Of a stretch of DNA of 64,000 nt, positions 1 to 11,218 are shown one piece after another (the first letter of the stretch is position 1; each line of letters starts with the position of its first letter). The stretch is from the NCBI GenBank assembly GCA_030141605.1, contig JAQGDQ010000296.1:186001-250000 (forward strand), written 5' to 3'. This stretch comes from Tubiluchus corallicola. Lineage: Eukaryota; Animalia; Priapulida. A program made the position numbers and the translations under genes. Below the pieces are notes generated by a model. The model did not search any database. It saw only the letters and a list, made by a program, of their open reading frames with translations, and had not been told where the DNA came from.

Positions 1-237
1 ACGTGTTCTTTTCCTGCTTGCTCGCATTTTACTCGCTAACTCATCTATTTACTAGTCCGCCTTCGACTGTATAGAGTGTACAGTTGAACTTTTAAACGTT
101 TGGCTAGATCGAAAGTTTTAACAGCTTACCACGTATTAGAAAAGCAAAAAGAGCATATTAAATGGCATGATTAGTATAAGATAATAATGCTAAGAAAATA
201 TGGAGGAAGGTAAACAGGAAAGGAAACTTAAAAGCAA

Positions 238-2075
238 ATGACATTGCTGAGGCATTGCAAAACGATTTGTAAAAAAATTACTGTTGACGTAAATGTCTTA
301 GCACAGTCATTTGAAAGTAAATCCACTCTCCCTATCACAAACTCGATTTATAGTGATATACGATCAAATGTTTATATCCTAGTTTTAGATGACGAAATTT
401 CACAGAATGAGGTACTTGAGACTGCTAAGTTGTTAAAAGGAAACAAAAACTCTAGTGATGGCTGGTGTGCAGGACTGATAAATACGCCTAACGTCTTGCA
501 AATGATGATGCCTGTATTATTGCTTTTACTAAACATGACTTTTTTGTGTGCGGCTTATCCTGTAGCTTGATGTGGAGCTGTTATAATAGCATTGTTTAAA
601 AAAAGGTGATGTAAACGATGCCGGTAATTACCGCGGAATTTCATTAGTGAGGCTTTTAGCTAAAATGTATGATATTATTCTGTGTGAAAGATTTAAATTG
701 TTGCTTAAACCGTGTTATGAGCAATCTGTTTTCAACCCGGTCGCAGTTATGCGGAACATGTATTAACTTTAAGAATCTTAATTACACTGGCTAAACGTGC
801 TAAAATTGCTTGCTTTATTTGTTGCTTTTCTTGATTTTAGCGCAGCATTCGCTCGAGTTGCATGGCGGATATTGTTTATGAAACTTGCTAAACTTGGAAC
901 TGGTGCAACGTTCTTAAATGCATTAATTGCTATATATACCTATACGGAAAACATTGTCTTTTTTGATAATATAGCATCAGACCCATTTGTGTCAAATGCT
1001 GGAATTCGACAGGGCTCCCCAAGCTCCGCATTGTTGTTTATCGCATACATAAATGACCCGATTGTTTTATTTCGTAATACGTTTGCTCCTGAGTATATTA
1101 TTCATATGATTCATATCTAAATTCATGCCGTATATTCATACCACTATGTATAAGAAAAAATGTCTTATTTGCCTGTGTAACCAGCACATTATTGCATAAC
1201 TGTGAGACATGGGGGAGAGAACCCTGTAATCTGCTATGAACAGAGCATATGAAAATCGTAAAAAGTATGGTTGGGGTCAGATGACCGGTCACTAATGATA
1301 TAGTACTGTTTGATTGTTTGGTGTCCTCATTAGATTTCTTAATTGAACAAAGACAAATTAATTTTTGGAGTAGTATCATGAAAGGGAATAGTGAAGATAT
1401 GCTAAAAGGATTAATCTTAGATTGCCAATCTCAGAACAACTGTAAATATGTAACCTATTATAATTATATTTAATGAATTGTATACGTTTACCAGCTTCTC
1501 GAGGAAAGTCAAAATACGTGTACTACGTAAATATTAATCCAGATTTTGTGTAAGGGTTTTACGATGAAAGAAAATTGCTTACTGATGCTTATAAAAACAT
1601 TGTACGTTTGCGATTACTATCTCACGATTTAGCTATCGAAAAAAGTCGTTGGCAACATAAACCTAGAGAAGATAAATTATGTGAGTTTTTGTAAACCTAT
1701 GCTACTAATTGAGGATAAAAAACATTTCATTTTGAATTGTAAAAGAACAACATTAGCACGTAAATACGTAAATTATGTGCTGTTGAGATTTGTAACTTTC
1801 GAGATTTAATCGGTAATGTTGATGTTCATGGAATGTTTGCTTTGTGCTCGGGTGTACTTTTAAACATAAACGAGCAGTGCGGTTTATAATATAGGTAAAT
1901 AGTTCATTAGTTGCATGTAATTACATTCATAATTTCTTAAAAAACTATAGGGTGCAGATTTCACGCGGTATATGTCACGAAATTGTAAATGTATTTCTGT
2001 AAATGTAGAAATTGTTATGTAATATTTAAACTGCTTGTTATGAAATTTGGAGAATAAACATTACTACTACTACTA
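238..2075 (+). mobile_element. Degenerate non-LTR retrotransposon (L2/Crack-like LINE) ORF2 remnant with 3' UTR and (TAC)n tail
   Basis: Frameshifted RT motifs: LFKK-GDVNDAGNYRGISL (~590-650), FLDFSAAFARV, GIRQGSPSSALLF (~1000-1040) and CVTSTLLHNCETWG (~1170-1215). C-terminal HDLAIEKSRW..REDKLC..C...IEDKKHFILNC (~1620-1740). AATAAA at ~2053 followed by (TAC)n. Internal deletions are present. Confidence 0.85.
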
Positions 2076-2194
2076 TATATTTATGAGCGGTTGCTCAACC
2101 CGCTCACACAATTACCCTAACTTCTCACACACAAGTAAATGTAAGGAAACATCATACTTATAGCAGTTAGTCTAACTGCTAACTAATAAGAAAG

Positions 2195-2290
2195 AAGTGG
2201 CGAAAAACTGTGCCCCAACCAAAACTCGAACCTTGTGCCTTCATGGCGCACGCGCTCTATCATTTGAGCCAATGAGTCAACACAGCAGAG
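2195..2290 (-). mobile_element. tRNA-derived SINE-like head (degenerate)
   Basis: Minus strand reads TGGCTCAAATGATAGAGCG (A box) then GGTTCGAGTTT (B box) then a T-run. It does not fold as a complete tRNA. Confidence 0.5.
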
Positions 2291-2424
2291 GAGGTCACAC
2301 ACAAATAATAATCAGAGCCACCTATCTGATACCAATGATATATCACTTCCATTTTTGAATACACAGAACATTGAAATTTGATTAAAAACCTCTGCACCTT
2401 TCTTTAGAATATCCGAAACACACG

Positions 2425-2520
2425 CACGTCGTCGTTGTCGTCATCATCATCTTCATGGTCATCGTCGTCGTCATTGCACTCATCGTCGTCATTGCCATTA
2501 TCATTATCTGCGTCATCGCA
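2425..2520. repeat. Degenerate (GTC/ATC)n trinucleotide repeat
   Basis: Runs of cgtcgtcgt and catcatcat visible directly. Confidence 0.8.
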
Positions 2521-2824
2521 ACCATTCAGTCAAACAAGTAATTTCTTAACATTTTGGTAGATATATACATTTGCCCTTGCTGCTTCCAGGAATTTTTTGT
2601 TTATAATAATAATATAATAATAAAAAGCATTGTTTATCATTGGACAATTTCCTAGACAGTTGACAGTAGACAAGTTAGAGAAAGTACTTTTAGTACATTT
2701 AAGAATCTGACAGTGAAACGAATTCACGTACATTGCAAACTTATAGAGTTTTTAGGAAAAGCAATTCTATCAGTCAAGGGACATTTCTTGTTGTAAAAAT
2801 ACCATGTTAATTTTTGCACTTTAT

Positions 2825-3035
2825 TGCTGTCATTTGTTTATTAGCTCGTTTGTGTGTTTGTTTGTTCATATGTTATTTGTTTGTTCGTTTTGTGTTTTTT
2901 GTTTATTTTATTCTCTGTTTATTTTGTTTATTTGTTGTTTGTTTGTTTGTTCGCGTAGTTTATTGTTTATTTGACTGTGTGTTCGATTTGTTTATTTAGT
3001 TGTTATCCAGCTATACGTTTTTGTGCTTTGTTTAG
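2825..3035. repeat. Degenerate (TTTG/TTTA)n low-complexity tract
   Basis: Decayed T-rich tetranucleotide repeat. It explains the hydrophobic ORF 2814-2999. Confidence 0.75.
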
Positions 3036-3189
3036 TTTTTGCATTGCCTCTTTACAGGTTATTTTAGGTTATTAAAGCTGTGGCTATTTAGGAATCACAA
3101 ATCATCTTTGCTTCATTACCCTTCTTGTATTGTTTTCTAGCTATGCTATTTGTTTATTGTTTTTATTTTGTCGTCAACTCGTGTTTAGT

Positions 3190-3450
3190 TCATCAACTTA
3201 AAATTCTGTCTGGAGATATGATTGGCGCGATTCCTCTGTTAAGACAATTGTTTCTAAACATGTGATCGAAATGACCACCACAGAAATAAAAATTACTAAG
3301 GCATGAAATTAAATCTTTCGAAACCGCAAATACAATAAACGTGAAGACTTCACGTGTTTAAACTCTCCAAGGAAACGTTACAAATCCGCATGTTTGCTGG
3401 AGGTTTGCAAAATTCGTAGTTATAACAAGACTGAATGAATCCTCATCTGA
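3190..3450 (+). mobile_element. Possible mariner transposase 5' remnant (HTH region)
   Basis: Translated fragments ETANTINV and VCWRFAKF resemble the mariner N-terminal pattern ETARNIN...TVRRWFAKF. Heavily decayed. Confidence 0.3.
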
Positions 3451-3564
3451 ATCTGCGAGCATAACGCTCTGACAGTGTTTACACCTGATGATACCTGGTC
3501 CAGTGCGGCTGCAGATATTATCCCACAATGTATATTTAACTTGAAGGTTTAGAAGGAGTTTAAT

Positions 3565-4145
3565 GATAACAAAAAACTCTCTGACATCTAGTGCAATTGA
3601 TCCTTTGATTGAGCCGTACCATTTTTAGGGCCTCTATCCCAGGTTCTACCCTGCAAAGTTCTTGACTATAGTCCTTTGCGAGTTAACATTAATTAAAACT
3701 GAATGCCCTAACTTTCATGATTTGGCTCCTGTCTCGAGCCCTTAAAAAGTTGCGGCTTTTTTTAACTAAACCAAAATTGCCTGCTCCCCTAACCTGTGTG
3801 TCTATCCTGCAAGTTTCGTGACTCTGGTTAACACAGTTTTAGAAAACATTCAGTATTAGGCAGTTTGGACCCTTCAAAAATCCCAGCGTTTTAAAAGCCT
3901 AAATAAAATGACAATTAAAAAACTGACCAGTATTAAAGTACCTTCGACCCATTGACTGAGGTCACCACTCATCATTCCATTTTTAAGGTCTCTATCCTAG
4001 GTGTCTGCCCTACAACCGTGTACCTGCGTTTGCGATTTAATATGAATTAAAAAGTGGAAAATGGATTCTTAACACAATGAACTGATGATGATCAGCGCAT
4101 GGCTTCTTCTAGATAAACGACGCTATCGCTTGCGGATAAAAACGT
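3565..4145. mobile_element. Helentron/HINE-like non-autonomous element with internally repeated monomer
   Basis: Monomer ccatttttagggcctctatcccagg..ccctgcaaagtt (~3619) recurs as tctatcctgcaagtt (~3801) and ccatttttaaggtctctatcctagg (~3977). A short GC-rich terminal segment cgctatcgcttgcg precedes an A-run at ~4120-4143. Confidence 0.4.
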
Positions 4146-6910
4146 CATGTTATATAGCAGCTTAACTGACAAACTTCAGCAGTAGTTTACTTAAACTAAC
4201 ACGGTTTACCAAGAAATAACATAGACAAAATCCCTTTTGTACAAATTTGAAGTTTCCTACCAGAAAACCGTTTCACAGGGAAATTAGTTCTCGCAATATG
4301 GCTTACAATCACAGTGGCTAACATTGCAACATGATTTATATGAGGATAATTAAAACATATATGATATACGCGGCAAGGAAACCTTTCAAATTATGTTGCA
4401 AATTGAACCACGAAGAAAACAAAACAAAATAAAATTAGTACAACATTCACGCAAATGCGTCCACCCCACTGTTTGCATTGCCGAGTATTATGAGAAAACC
4501 TGAAAGGCAATTTCCGCTTTCCCAGTTTTTATAGCGCAATATCCGTGTTGTTATTAGACGGCCATTTCATGTTTCAACACGTCTTGCACTTTGTATCTTT
4601 GATCTGCAATCGATAATCTGGCTTTTCAGGTAATTGATTTGACACGAGCAGATTGTGTTGACCCAATCCGGTTGCTTGGTTATAAAGCAACATCAATATA
4701 AATTTTATATCCGGGAACGTTCTTAGCGGTAACCAAGGTCAAACAAGTCGAAACCATTTATTAATAACTAATACTCGAATACATGTAGTCTGTAATGTCC
4801 GCAGCAGACGTACGCGTTTCTTACTATGATGAATGTATGGTTCATTAATTTGTCATTCTCGGTGTTATGTAAAAATCTATGACTAAGGTACTATTGGAGA
4901 AATGTTAACACTGGTTAAAAGTGGCCAACGTCACCCCATCAAGATTCAATAGTTTCGGTTTTATGTGACATACCCACCTGACTTACAGTAAGACAGTACA
5001 TTTTCTGGTATCCAGCACAATATTCAGAGTTAAATTTCTTGCACCAAACTTGCTTGTACCAAATTTGCTTCTCGATAGAACGTTGTTGGAATATAACAGA
5101 TCTAGTTCCTCTATAATACCCTATCTTATTGTATGTATTCTAGTTATAGCGATGACGGCACTACGAAGACAAACGTCAATGAGTGTGAAATTATCGGTGA
5201 TGTTTACCATTCTTTTCCTCAATAATTCTAATTCTAGCTTTTGCTTCCACGTAAGATAGAAATTTTGTTTGTCAGCTGGTCAGCTTTAGTGTTAAATGAC
5301 AGTGATTTCTATAAATCCTAATTGTCATTAAACACTTCACTTATTTGTCTTTCTTCGACTAAATTCGACCATCTTGTCTGATCGCGTAGATAGTTGTGCC
5401 TATCCAAGCATGTTATATTAAATTTACTGCCCCGACAGTGCCTTTAGTTTGGACGTTCTAGCTAATCGTATAAATGAGGCTTGAGATTGAACCGCTGGGT
5501 TGAATGACTCTAACTTGTTGTAATCCGTAGCAGCAAAGTAAAGCTGATCAGATTTTGAGTAAAACTTATCAATAAATTCCGATAATCACACAAAATAAAA
5601 ATAATTATAGTGTGCTTTCTAAATATAAACTTGTGTTGTTGGTTCAGCTCTTATGGCTGTCCCAAGTAAACTATAAAGTTTGTTAATACTAAACTATTTT
5701 TGCTTTGAATAACGTTAGTAAACAGTATTGTTGAATCGGCTTTAATAAACATTGTGTAAAATTTGTGAGCTTGTATGTTTTTTTCCCTCATAATATACAT
5801 CTTTTTCATTAGTGACAGTTTTAACAGGTTTGAAATGGAACATAACGTAAACCACAATTTTATGTTCTTTTTTATGTTCACTGCTTTTTACAACATATTT
5901 TCGCGAAAAAATTCTTTCTCAGTGGTATAACAATCACAAGCAGTTTCATTTACGCTTCGATACAGATATAATAAAATAATGTGTTCCGAAATTTAACTAT
6001 TTGTGCTTTTTTCGTCTCTTTTTTCCTGTCATAATGTTATTACAAGACAGTGATGTACTGAAATGTCCTGTTTTGCACTTCGTTAATTGGGTGATGATTT
6101 TATTATAGATTAATTTATTTTAGAGAGCATATACATAGTTCTGACATAAATCTGGCAGTACGGCTGCAGTGCCATTAATACAACGGTCACAATACCGCTG
6201 ATTCGCTTCTTCGTGATCCTTCACATGGTCGATCTAATAGAATCGTGTTGATGTATTTAAGCCAAAGTCCATGCATAAACTTCTCTTTGTCATGGCCTCA
6301 ATGAATTTTAAACCATTAAGCATGCCTTTATCTCCTCCGACGTGAATTGACGATGAATAAAAGCTTTCGTTCTACTGACCAAAGCGCAGCCGGCTTATTT
6401 TAATGCCTTCACACATTCTGGGCATTATCGCAAGCTGTAAAAGTCACAGTTATTCTATGATATACAGACCCGTGCCATTGGAAAAGCGCAGCTGTAAATA
6501 CTTAACTCGCCACACACACACTTCTTATATAGAAGGATATTAGTGTTACCAAATACGAACATTACCCTTTTTCTACTTAAATAAATACTAGCATTAGTGC
6601 CATGGAAATATAAATGATCAAAAATCAAGATTACAGTTAATTTTGTAAAAGCAGATTCAACAAGTGTCAAACTTGTTGAAGCAATTTGACGTGAACTTGG
6701 AATATACGATTTGAAGTAAATGGCAAGAAATCAGGCCATTGGTATCACTAAACTTAGTGGAGCTGTTCACGTTCATTGTTATCGTTCTGATATGAATTTC
6801 AAATGAGACGTCACGCTGAAGATCGTCGTCGAGTCCCTGCCCTTCCGTCGTTGTCGTCGTCGTCTTTTTAGTTGAGCCCCTGCTCTTTCGAAACGCTGTA
6901 CATGTCATTG

Positions 6911-7035
6911 CACTGGGGAATACGGTTGTCTTGTAAGCAGAAGGTCCTTGGTTCAAATCCAGACTGTCTTCCAATTTTTCCACATTCCTGTCTCTCTGGT
7001 TTGGTGTCAATATTTAATTAGTTGCGGGTTTGTTC
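6911..7035 (+). mobile_element. tRNA(Thr)-derived SINE-like copy, D-arm region deleted
   Basis: GTCTTGTAAGCAGAAGGTCCTTGGTTCAAATCC gives a TGT anticodon-like loop and B box, followed by a T-run. Homologous to copies at 29.65-29.76 kb and 29.93-30.02 kb. Confidence 0.65.
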
Positions 7036-8024
7036 TACCAGATGAATTTATTTTCAGAGATGGCGATGAATTGGTTGATATGGTGGTGGAGTCAGTAGTG
7101 GAGGTGGCTCTTAGCGGCAGCAGCAACTGTGGTAAAGTGCCTTTTGGGCGTGAAAGATTACCTTGGTTGCTGTTGTGTAAATGGTCCTCGCGGAGGCGAC
7201 AGTGGTATTTGTGGTAGTGGTATTTGTATTCCACTATCAAGGTTCACACGAGAATAAATGCCGAACAAAATTTAGTAAAGTTAATGAAAAAAGCTCCGTT
7301 TCGCCCAAAAATTCTCCAGTCGTGCATAACACAGACTCATGTGCCAAAATTCGATAGTAAACACGACTGCTGATTCGATCACTGCTAAGCTTTTATGTTA
7401 ATTACTGCCCTGCCTAGGTTCAAATTCAATTACTCCAAGGATTAATTAAGTCAAAAGTAATAATGTTCACATGTTCACCACTGACCTAGATTCTTCAGCT
7501 CAAAATGTGATAGTAGCTAATAGGTTATTATGTAATCTACATAATTTAGAAGTGATTACTTTGGATTAGTATGCTTTTCATACAGTGGCTCATGTTGTTT
7601 ACGAGCTGATTTTAAAACAGCTCAAATTGATTAGCTTTTATTAAAATTGGTCTGTTACTCCAGTTATTTTCAAATTAGCAGCTTGGCAGATTTGCTAAAC
7701 TGGGAATGTGCTCCTTCTTGAAAATAGTTTTAAACTATAATTAAGAGACATTTGGTTCTCAAACAGGAAGCATTTGGCTCCCTTGTGAGGAATTTTAAAT
7801 TTATGGAGAGGAATTTTTAACCAAGGGAGGAGTTCAGCCAGAAAACAAATTTCAAACAGTAAAAGAAGAGCGCTACACCTCTCAGTTCGGATGCTGTTTG
7901 GTTGTGATGTGGTGCACACGTTCGAGAGTTCATGCGTGAGAACAGCTGTAAACTTGAAATTTTAATTAATAAAGTTAAAATTTGGCAAGTTTTGTAGAAT
8001 TACCATTGTTATGAGTATAACGCT

Positions 8025-8275
8025 AAACAAGTTCGACTCAAACTATTGATCGAGGGTCTTGCTGAACTCGTGGATCAATATGAAATCAATATCGCCATTT
8101 TGAATTTAAGATGGCAAATCAGAACACCATCTCTGTCACTCGATGCAGAATTCTCTAGTATATTCATGTGAAGTTTCATTAGGGATTTTTTGAAAGGTCA
8201 TCCCGCAATAACACGAACAAGAATAACCAGAAGATGCTAATAAGTAGCGATTTGAGTCGAGTCTCGACCAAAAAT
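8025..8275. mobile_element. Short Helentron/HINE (DINE-1-like) element
   Basis: Perfect 10-bp subterminal inverted repeats TCGACTCAAA (8033-8042) and TTTGAGTCGA (8251-8260), terminal hairpin GTCGAG-T-CTCGAC (8256-8268) and A-rich flanks. The core tttaagatggcaaatcagaa..tcgatgcagaattctctagtatatt..gaagtttc is shared with 52.9 kb. Confidence 0.6.
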
Positions 8276-8849
8276 ATTAGGTGATAATTTAAAATACTGA
8301 AGTAATTGAAAAAACTTGGAATCACAAGGAAAACGGTGGCCTGGGACTTTGAGGACCACAAAGCAGGTTGAAGTGGCGTTTACGTAGCATCCGGTGCTTA
8401 TGCGTTTTGGGTAGTGCGGACTAGGTAAAATCGGTTTATATTGTTTTAAATGCACCCGTTTATGCAGCCAGCTTATACGTTATTCTTTTTTACAGCTATT
8501 CCTGTTGATTTTTCCGCAGCTATTCCGCTGGTGGCGCATACGCAGATGCTACGTGAACGCCACTTTAGAATAGATCACGAACTTGGGTCAAACTCAATCG
8601 CAGTTTCCTCACTAATTTCACTAGGGGATTTGCAGTTTTTAAACTATTCAAGCTCAAGTATGGAGTAAACTCTGGAATTTTTTGAAAAACGAATATGTGA
8701 AAATTTGTTTAGGCCTATAATCTTAGTTAAAGATTACTGGTAGTGGTTAATAATCTTGGATAAATCAAACTTGACAAAAAACGACATGTTAAAATAATTT
8801 AAAACCATTTATAATCTTAATATTTGATTGACTGATCGGAAAACCCCGT

Positions 8850-8960
8850 GAAGGGGTGGTGTAATCTTGTGGTTGTGGTGCATGACATGTAATCCCAAAT
8901 GTGACCGGTTCAAGTCTAGGTTGCAGATTCCATCCCGTCTTTTTTACATTCCTTTCTTTC
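8850..8960 (+). mobile_element. tRNA-derived SINE-like copy
   Basis: A-box-like TGTAATCTTGTGG, B box GGTTCAAGTCT, then a tttttacattcc tail similar to the 6.9 kb copy. Confidence 0.45.
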
Positions 8961-9550
8961 GACCAGGTTGGCTTCAAAATTTTAATAATTAATATTCATT
9001 CAATCATTAACCAATAATCTTTAAATTAAGATCATAAATTACTAGGTCCAAGCTGTTTGAAGCTGATTTGGTTTACCAAATAAATCAATCGAAAGCTGAA
9101 AGCGCTGGCTCAGTGTGTGAATAAGCTCAGTGATGCAAACTTCCATAGCCATTCTGCATGCTTCTATGGAAATGTGATGCATTTAAGGGTACACGCACGC
9201 TGAGAACCAATCAGAAAGTTAATTAAGTGGTGCAGCATAATTACACTCAACTAGCTGAAAGTTTATCCTGTATGTCCCTGAAGGATGCTGTGTAACTAGG
9301 CTACGCTGATGCTGATTTGCTCAATCCGGATGATGTTGGGCTATTTAATGAACGTTCATCTCAAATGATAAACACGTCGTAACACACTGTACCAACAGTT
9401 AACAACGCAGTTACTGTGCTCTCATTTGCAGAGATGAAATGATGTGCTCGGTGAAACTTTATGAAACGGTTATTCGTCATAATACTCTGAGCTCGGAAAC
9501 GTTTTGACAGTCGCGACTTTGCCGCTGCCGACCATCTACTGGCATGATCC

Positions 9551-11218
9551 GCGTAAGGACCTATTATGTAATAGCTGTTCTGTACATAATATGTACCCAT
9601 TATGTAATACAAAAAATAACCGATATACAATAATGTGCCCATTATGTAATACCTTTACCTGCCCAAAATACATGTATAGCAAAAATTGCCCTTTTTTGTA
9701 ATAACTGACATATGCACTATGTAATAAACAATCTGTCCATTGTGTAATACCTATTTTAACATCTCGAACATTACATTTATTATAATTAGTTTGAAAGTGG
9801 TTGACTGGTACGGCACTGCTATACCAAGGGTTCCAAGTTCGAATCAACTGTGTCATTGTTGTATTTGTACATAATTCAATCGCTTTGTTATTCGTCTCTT
9901 CATTTTCGTCAAGAATTTGCAAACTGCGCTGTAAAACAAGGTAAGCATACTTTTCCCAATTCTTTACGAAAACATAAATTTTAAGACGATCTTTGTCATT
10001 GACATTTCAGCTAAAAATGTATAGAAAATGTAATAAAAGGTAAAAAAAATTACACGTCATTTCGGCACGTATATTTTAATTGTTTTTGTGGCTCATTTAT
10101 CCATAAAAATCTTAAGATTCGTCGATCATTTAATGTAACTAACACGACTTTGCTGGAGTCGAAACCTATTTATGACTGTGTTAAAAAACTTCTAAGCAGT
10201 TAAAAAAAATTAAAAATAGAAAAAGCAATTGCTACGCTTATAATTATTATTCTTAATATTTTTAATAAATTCGTAAACATTAATTTTTTCATTATTCATA
10301 ATTCTCTCCAAGACGGCCTACTTTTATAGTTTATCGTGGTTTGTTAAGTGCTAATATTGTGGCGAAATTTACGGAGTTACTGTATCTCATTAATTTTATC
10401 CTTAATTCCTATGAATTGGATTTCTTTACCCACTAAGCTGCCATACCAATGGATAAAGGCAGCATGTTTTGTTTTTCTGCCTTAGAATGAAAAGGCAGTC
10501 TCATCCATCAGTAAATTTTGTTAATTACTATTGACACAGTCATCAGTACCATAATAACATATAAAATTTTTGCTTTGAGAAATCAAAAGAGCAAAGTTTG
10601 AAGGTCTCCACGTACATTTAAGTGCGGACTTTTGCATCTGGAGGAAGTATATTCCACTGGAGAATAGCGATATTGTGCGTAGATAGAATGAGTTATAAAA
10701 ATCCTTTTTAGCTTTTATTCTTTGGCATCTCATAATTCAAACCATGAAAATATGGAATGCTCAATTGTTTGATTGGCATATTTGAGCTTAATTAGTGACT
10801 GTTGTTAGTTCACACATTATCGACAGTGTCTGATTCTCCCGGTACACTGACTCTCACGTTCTGATTTTAGCATGGTGCTAATAAGCAAAGTAGTAGCAGG
10901 ATCTGTAATATATTCTGTCATCTTCAACTTGTGTGGCAAAAGTTATGTAATACATATCTAAATCACTATTGAAGAGTTATAAAAACAATGCTGGCGATCT
11001 TCAACAGGGCCTCTTCCAAACAGGTATATTGGAGATAAAAATGATCACTGCAAAAGTTAGTACAAAATGAGCAGATTAGGTATTACATAATGGGCACATA
11101 AGATTTTTTACACAATGTGTCAATTTTATAACAACGTTATTACATATTGGGTATTTTGTATAACCATATGGTCACATATTATATAATGGGAAATTTTTTA
11201 CATAAGAGGTCCTTACGC
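9551..11218. mobile_element. Non-autonomous TIR DNA transposon (~1.67 kb) with subterminal repeats, superfamily unassigned
   Basis: 21-bp terminal inverted repeat GCGTAAGGACCT(A/C)TTATGTAA with 1 mismatch. CCCATTATGTAATA-type motifs are repeated on the left arm (9596, 9638, variants ~9716 and ~9737) and inverted on the right arm (~11080, ~11135, ~11177). Confidence 0.75.

Noticed and set aside
4900-5460. WLKVANVTP motif suggesting a very old CR1 RT fragment
   Set aside because: Only one short motif is recognisable, which is too little to call.
10136-10170. Hammerhead-ribozyme-like GACT-loop-AGTC-GAAAC stem
   Set aside because: The upstream core reads CTAACAC instead of CTGANGA, and no convincing stems I/III were found.
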